DNA of 11,559 nt from Halodesulfurarchaeum sp. GTDB taxonomy: Archaea > Halobacteriota > Halobacteria > Halobacteriales > Halobacteriaceae. The stretch covers positions 1 to 11,559 of the forward strand of contig JBDGUI010000018.1 of NCBI GenBank assembly GCA_042216015.1. The letters are read 5' to 3'. This document shows, piece by piece, positions 7,751 to 11,559 of the stretch. Below the pieces are notes generated by a model. The model searched no databases, was not told the origin of the DNA, and saw nothing but the letters and a program-made list of their open reading frames with translations. The position numbers and the translations under genes were made by a program. The stretch's first letter is position 1, and every line of letters begins with the position of its first letter.

Positions 7751-8641
7751 ATGGCACGAATCGCGGAGAAGGTCGCGGACCTGGTCCGCGAAAATCCGGA
7801 GTTCGAGGAGGTGCTCTCGGACCTCGTAGAGCGCGAGGGCGAACTCCGGTGGCAGGACGTGAAAGACGACATGACAAGCGGGCAGTGGGGCCGCCTGCTG
7901 CAGAAGGACATTCTGGTCGAGGCCGAGGACGGCTTCGAATTCGCGGACCGGGCGGCCGTCGAGGAGGCCCTCGGCAAGACCGAGGAGATCGAGTTCGACT
8001 CGGAGGTCGACGTCGACGATGAGGGCACCTCCTGGAGCACCTACGACAAGGCGGCCGCCGTCGGGGCAATGGGGATGTTTGCGGGCTACTCGATCGTCTC
8101 GGTCCGGTCGGCGGTCGGGAACGTGCTCGACGTCGTGCTCGGGCCGCTCGACTCGATCCTGCCCATCTTTGCGGTCATCATGGTGCTCGCGATCATCACG
8201 GGGCTTTACTCGGCCATCCTGCAGAACGAGTTGATGGACATCGAGCGGATGGGCGCCTACCAGGAACGCATGCAGGAGATCCAGGAGAAACAGAAGGCCG
8301 CAAAGGAGCGTGGCGACGAGGAGGCCATCGAGCGGATCCGCGAGGAGCAGATGGACGCGATGGGCGATCAGCTCGGTATGTTCAAGGAGCAACTCCGCCC
8401 GATGGTCTGGATCATGCTCATCACGATCCCGGTCTTTCTCTGGATGTACTGGAAGATCCGCCCGCCGAGTCACATCCCGGCCGCCGAGTCCTTCATGGTG
8501 CTCCCGCTGGTCGGCCAGATCAAACTGACCGCCGGGGTCCTCGGCCCCCTGCAGGCGTGGATCCTCTGGTACATCCTGAACTCCATCGGGTTCTCCCAGA
8601 TCATCCGCAAGGCGTTGAACATCCAGACCTCGCCGTCCTGA
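7751..8641 (+). CDS. DUF106 / EMC3-TMCO1 (Oxa1/YidC superfamily) membrane protein
   Basis: From ATG 7751 (TATA-like TTCATTA at 7720-7726). TM1 is followed by a cytoplasmic coiled coil ([20 protein letters not shown]), then [17 protein letters not shown] and the terminal WILWYIL...QIIRKAL motif. It occupies the conserved archaeal position between adk and cmk. Confidence 0.9.
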   Translation: MARIAEKVADLVRENPEFEEVLSDLVEREGELRWQDVKDDMTSGQWGRLLQKDILVEAEDGFEFADRAAVEEALGKTEEIEFDSEVDVDDEGTSWSTYDKAAAVGAMGMFAGYSIVSVRSAVGNVLDVVLGPLDSILPIFAVIMVLAIITGLYSAILQNELMDIERMGAYQERMQEIQEKQKAAKERGDEEAIERIREEQMDAMGDQLGMFKEQLRPMVWIMLITIPVFLWMYWKIRPPSHIPAAESFMVLPLVGQIKLTAGVLGPLQAWILWYILNSIGFSQIIRKALNIQTSPS

Positions 8642-8688
8642 TCGAATCGGTTCACAAAGGATTTGAGCGGGCCGCCCGGAGGACTCGT

Positions 8689-9267
8689 ATGCTGATCACC
8701 ATCTCCGGGCCGATCGGAAGCGGCAAATCCACCGTCGCCCACCGATTGGCCGAGACGCTGTCGGTCGATCACGTCTCCGGTGGTGACATCTTTCGCGCCC
8801 TCGCCGAAGAGCGGGGCTACACCCCACTCGAGTTCAACAAGCTCGCCGAGGAGGACGACCAGATCGACCGCGATCTGGACCGCCGGCTGCGCGAGATCGC
8901 CACCGAGCGGGAGGATCTCGTGCTCGAATCCAGACTCGCCGGCTGGATGGCCGGCGGGAACGCCGACCTGAAGTGCTGGTTCGACGCCCCCGAGGAGGTC
9001 CGCGCCCGGCGGGTCGCCGAGCGGGAGGAGCGGGACTTCGAGACCGCGCTCGCCGAGATGCGGGCGCGGGGCGAGAGCGAGAAGAAGCGGTATCGCGCCT
9101 ATTACGGGATCGATTTCGACGACCTCTCGATCTACGATCTCTCCCTGAACACCGCCCGCTGGGGGCCCGAGTCGGTGCTCGGGATCGTCGAGCGCGCCGT
9201 CGAGCACTACGACCCGGCCCAGGACGAGGGGGCCGTCCCGGTGACTGGCGTGGAGTATGACTTCTGA
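8689..9267 (+). CDS. cmk: Cytidylate kinase, archaeal type
   Basis: From ATG 8689: [16 protein letters not shown]-loop, [31 protein letters not shown]. Confidence 0.95.
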   Translation: MLITISGPIGSGKSTVAHRLAETLSVDHVSGGDIFRALAEERGYTPLEFNKLAEEDDQIDRDLDRRLREIATEREDLVLESRLAGWMAGGNADLKCWFDAPEEVRARRVAEREERDFETALAEMRARGESEKKRYRAYYGIDFDDLSIYDLSLNTARWGPESVLGIVERAVEHYDPAQDEGAVPVTGVEYDF

Positions 9268-10144
9268 GTCCGCCCGGTTGCGCGACCCGCCGGGCGAGCG
9301 GGACGTCGAGTCCCTCCTCTCCTTCGGGGTGATCAATCTCGATAAACCACCGGGACCCTCGGCCCACCAGGTCTCGGCGTGGGTCAAGCGATTGACCGAC
9401 CTCGACCGGGCGGCCCACGCCGGCACCCTGGATCCAAAGGTGACCGGCGTGTTGCCCGTTCTGCTGGGCGATGCCACCCGACTCGTGCCGGCGATGCTCG
9501 AGGGCACCAAGGAGTACGTGGCCGTGCTCGAACTGCACGCCCGGGCCCCCGAGGACCTCGAATCGACGGTCGGGGAATTCGAGGGCGAGATCTACCAGAA
9601 ACCGCCGCGGAAGAGCGCGGTCGCCCGTCGGCTCCGCACCCGGACGGTTCACGCACTCGAGGTGCTGGAGGTGACAGATCGCCAGGCCCTCCTCCGGATG
9701 ACGGTCGAGAGCGGGACCTACGTCCGCAAGTTGTGTCACGATATCGGGCTCGCGCTGGGCACCCGGGCCCACATGGGCGACCTGCGCCGGACGGCGACCA
9801 CCCCCTTCGACGACACGGCCCTGCAGACCCTGCACGATCTCGCAGACGGAATGGCTCGTTACGAGGAATCCGGGCGGGCGGACTGGCTCCGCGAGGTGGT
9901 GAAGCCGGCCGAGCGGGCGCTTTCCCACCTCCCGGCGGTCGTCATCGCCCCGAGTGCGGCCCGGGAGGTCGCCCACGGCGCGCCGGTGTATGCGCCGGGC
10001 GTGATCGAGGGGCCCGCGGCGGAGCCCGAGGGGCTCGTGGTCTGTACCACGCCGGATGGCGCGGCGGTGTGTCTCGGGACCCTGGTCGGGGACCCCGAGG
10101 CCGAGTCGGGGACGGTCGTCGACCTCGAGGCCGTGCTCGTGTGA
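9257..10144 (+). CDS. cbf5: H/ACA RNA-guided / tRNA pseudouridine-55 synthase Cbf5 (TruB family, PUA domain)
   Basis: [10 protein letters not shown], catalytic [33 protein letters not shown] and a C-terminal PUA domain ([10 protein letters not shown]). Overlaps cmk by 11 bp. Confidence 0.96.
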   Translation: MTSESARLRDPPGERDVESLLSFGVINLDKPPGPSAHQVSAWVKRLTDLDRAAHAGTLDPKVTGVLPVLLGDATRLVPAMLEGTKEYVAVLELHARAPEDLESTVGEFEGEIYQKPPRKSAVARRLRTRTVHALEVLEVTDRQALLRMTVESGTYVRKLCHDIGLALGTRAHMGDLRRTATTPFDDTALQTLHDLADGMARYEESGRADWLREVVKPAERALSHLPAVVIAPSAAREVAHGAPVYAPGVIEGPAAEPEGLVVCTTPDGAAVCLGTLVGDPEAESGTVVDLEAVLV

Positions 10145-10150
10145 GTCGGG

Positions 10151-10167
10151 GAAACGAAGGCCTTAAT
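10151..10167 (+). promoter_or_regulatory. tRNA-Pro promoter (BRE + TATA)
   Basis: GAAACGAAGG followed by CTTAAT (10162-10167), about 27-32 nt upstream of the mature tRNA 5' end. Confidence 0.65.
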
Positions 10168-10193
10168 GCCCGCTCACCCCTCGATTCGGGTGC

Positions 10194-10266
10194 GGGACCG
10201 TGGGGTAGCTTGGTATCCTCGGCGCCTGGGGGGCGTCGGACTTGAGTTCGAATCTCAGCGGTCCCA
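10194..10266 (+). tRNA. tRNA-Pro (anticodon GGG), intronless, CCA not encoded
   Basis: Cloverleaf folded by hand: acceptor GGGACCG/CGGTCCC, D-arm GGGT-AGCTTGGTA-TCCT, anticodon stem GGCGC/GCGTC with loop CT-GGG-GG, T-arm TTGAG-TTCGAAT-CTCAG, discriminator A. Confidence 0.96.
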
Positions 10267-10331
10267 CTGCACCTTTTTCGACTCGGGTTCGCAAACGGCG
10301 AACCGCTCGCCGGAAAATCTGCACCAAAAAG
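10264..10331 (+). repeat. 68-bp direct repeat, copy 1 (hairpin element; includes the probable tRNA terminator T-tract)
   Basis: Aligns without gaps to 10530-10597 with 3 mismatches (10283, 10310, 10313). TTTTT at 10274-10278. Confidence 0.9.
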
Positions 10332-10529
10332 CTCGACGCTCACTCCGTTCGCGCCGAGTAGACGGACCAACCTCGACGGCGGCCCACCGTTTGACGGAAC
10401 GGAGAAACGGAGTGACGACAACCGTGGGAGCCAAAGAGACGACGAACTCGCCGCTGGTTTCCCCGTTTTCGACGACCTCAGGGAGGAGAAAACTGGACTT
10501 CGTCGTGACGCAGCGAAACGACGGGAGTT

Positions 10530-10597
10530 CCACTGCACCTTTTTCGACACGGGTTCGCAAACGGCGAACCGCTCGTCGAAAAATCTGCACCAAAAAG
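10530..10597 (+). repeat. 68-bp direct repeat, copy 2
   Basis: 65/68 identical to copy 1. Perfect outer stem TTTTTCGAC/GTCGAAAAA and inner stem GGTTCGC/GCGAACC with loop AAACG. Confidence 0.9.
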
Positions 10598-10704
10598 GCC
10601 GCGAGCGCGGAGTTCGCGGTGAACCGCCTCGCTGCTCGGCGGACACTCGACAGTACTACCCCAGCCCACGAACGGTTGATTAGTCAGCCGGCCCAACCCA
10701 CGGT

Positions 10705-11400
10705 ATGTGCGGACGGACCTCCCTGTTCAGGCCCCAGCCCGAGATCGAGCGGCGGTTCGACGCCACGTTCGATCGAGACGTCGAACCCAGATACAACATC
10801 GCCCCCGGGGACGAACTCAGCGTCGTCCATGAGGCGGACCAGGACACGCTGACGGTCGACGAATGGGGCTTCGTCCCATCGTGGGCTGATGCCTTCGATG
10901 CGGGGCCACGGCCGATCAACGCCAGGGCCGAAACGATTCGGGAGCACGACCTGTTTCGGTCGGCGTTCGAGAACCGGCGGGCGCTGGTCATCGCCGATGG
11001 CTTCTACGAGTGGGCCGGCGAACGGGGCGGGAAACAGCCCTTCCGGGTCGCCAGGGAGGGGAACGCCCTCTTCGCGATGGCCGGGATCTGGAGTCGGTGG
11101 ACGGGCAATGGGGAGGAACGACGGACCGTCGCGATCATCACCACCGAGGCGAACGAGGTGGTCGAACCCATTCACGACCGGATGCCGGTGATCCTCCCGC
11201 CAGACCGGGAATCGGCGTGGCTCGAACCCGAGTCACTCGAGCGCGCGAAGGCGTTACTGCGCCCTTCCGACGCGGCGGATCTCGAGAGATACCCCATCTC
11301 GACCGTGGTCAACGATCCGTCGAACGATTCGCCGGCGGTCATCGAGCCGGTCGGCGGGGAGCGGGGCCAGACCGAACTCGGGTCGTTTGGAACGAAGTGA
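10705..11400 (+). CDS. SOS response-associated peptidase (SRAP; YedK/HMCES-like abasic-site ssDNA crosslinking protein)
   Basis: N-terminal MCGR (catalytic Cys2), PRYNIAP, INARAET, ADGFYEW, PIHDRMPVIL, VNDPSND. TATA-like TTGATTAG at 10676-10683. Confidence 0.95.
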   Translation: MCGRTSLFRPQPEIERRFDATFDRDVEPRYNIAPGDELSVVHEADQDTLTVDEWGFVPSWADAFDAGPRPINARAETIREHDLFRSAFENRRALVIADGFYEWAGERGGKQPFRVAREGNALFAMAGIWSRWTGNGEERRTVAIITTEANEVVEPIHDRMPVILPPDRESAWLEPESLERAKALLRPSDAADLERYPISTVVNDPSNDSPAVIEPVGGERGQTELGSFGTK

Positions 11401-11534
11401 TAACCCGGGTCGTCGAAGCGAGCGGCGGGCCGGTCGAGACGGAGTGGGTCGCTCGTCTCCGGGCGTTGATTTCCGGGTCGAGCAGTCAGTGACACGGTAT
11501 TCGATCCAGGTCGACGCGGTCGCTGAGCGATGAG

Positions 11535-11547
11535 AAAAAATGGAAAA
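11535..11547 (-). terminator. Minus-strand oligo-T tract (candidate archaeal terminator)
   Basis: Reads TTTTCCATTTTTT on the minus strand, immediately after the tRNA-like 3' end. Confidence 0.45.
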
Positions 11548-11559
11548 TGGGTAGGGGTA
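11548..11559 (-). tRNA. Possible 3' end of a minus-strand tRNA cut by the window edge (Val-like)
   Basis: The minus strand reads TACC-CCTACCC-A then oligo-T, which fits T-stem 3' side, acceptor 3' side and discriminator. Only 12 nt are visible. Confidence 0.3.

Noticed and set aside
10527..10540. GTTCCACTG resembling an Orc1/Cdc6 origin recognition box
   Set aside because: Lacks the GAAAC half and the G-string. There is no adjacent orc/cdc6 gene or AT-rich unwinding element.
10264..10597. CRISPR array interpretation of the direct repeats
   Set aside because: Only two repeats, and both the 68-bp repeat and the 198-bp spacer are far outside CRISPR size ranges. No cas genes are present.
9942..10852. 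ORFs 9942..10646(-), 10166..10852(+), 10255..10593(-) and 10478..10696(-)
   Set aside because: They overlap the tRNA and repeats, have basic low-complexity composition atypical of haloarchaeal proteins, and their internal peptide repeats simply mirror the DNA repeat.

Overview
High-GC haloarchaeal (Halobacteria-type) chromosomal window with acidic proteins and mostly leaderless TATA-driven genes. Gene order: small membrane protein (-), orphan PAS-GAF-PAS histidine kinase, membrane-anchored CPxCG zinc-ribbon protein, Hsp20, trkA-trkH K+ uptake operon, hypothetical protein (-), adk, DUF106/EMC3-like insertase, cmk, cbf5, tRNA-Pro(GGG), a structured repeat-containing intergenic region and a SRAP/HMCES-family gene. 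The 3' end of a minus-strand tRNA may lie at the right edge. The protein content is largely core and ordinary. The less explained signals are: (i) two tiny ORFs in the trk operon whose stop codons overlap the start codons of trkA and trkH; (ii) a 68-bp direct repeat starting at the tRNA-Pro 3' end; (iii) a hairpin with a conserved internal loop but variable stems, shared between that repeat and the far-left end of the window; (iv) a low-GC stretch with four copies of a 10-mer around an orphan TATA box; (v) a PIP-box-like C-terminus on the SRAP protein. All family calls come from motif recognition by eye; no searches were run.
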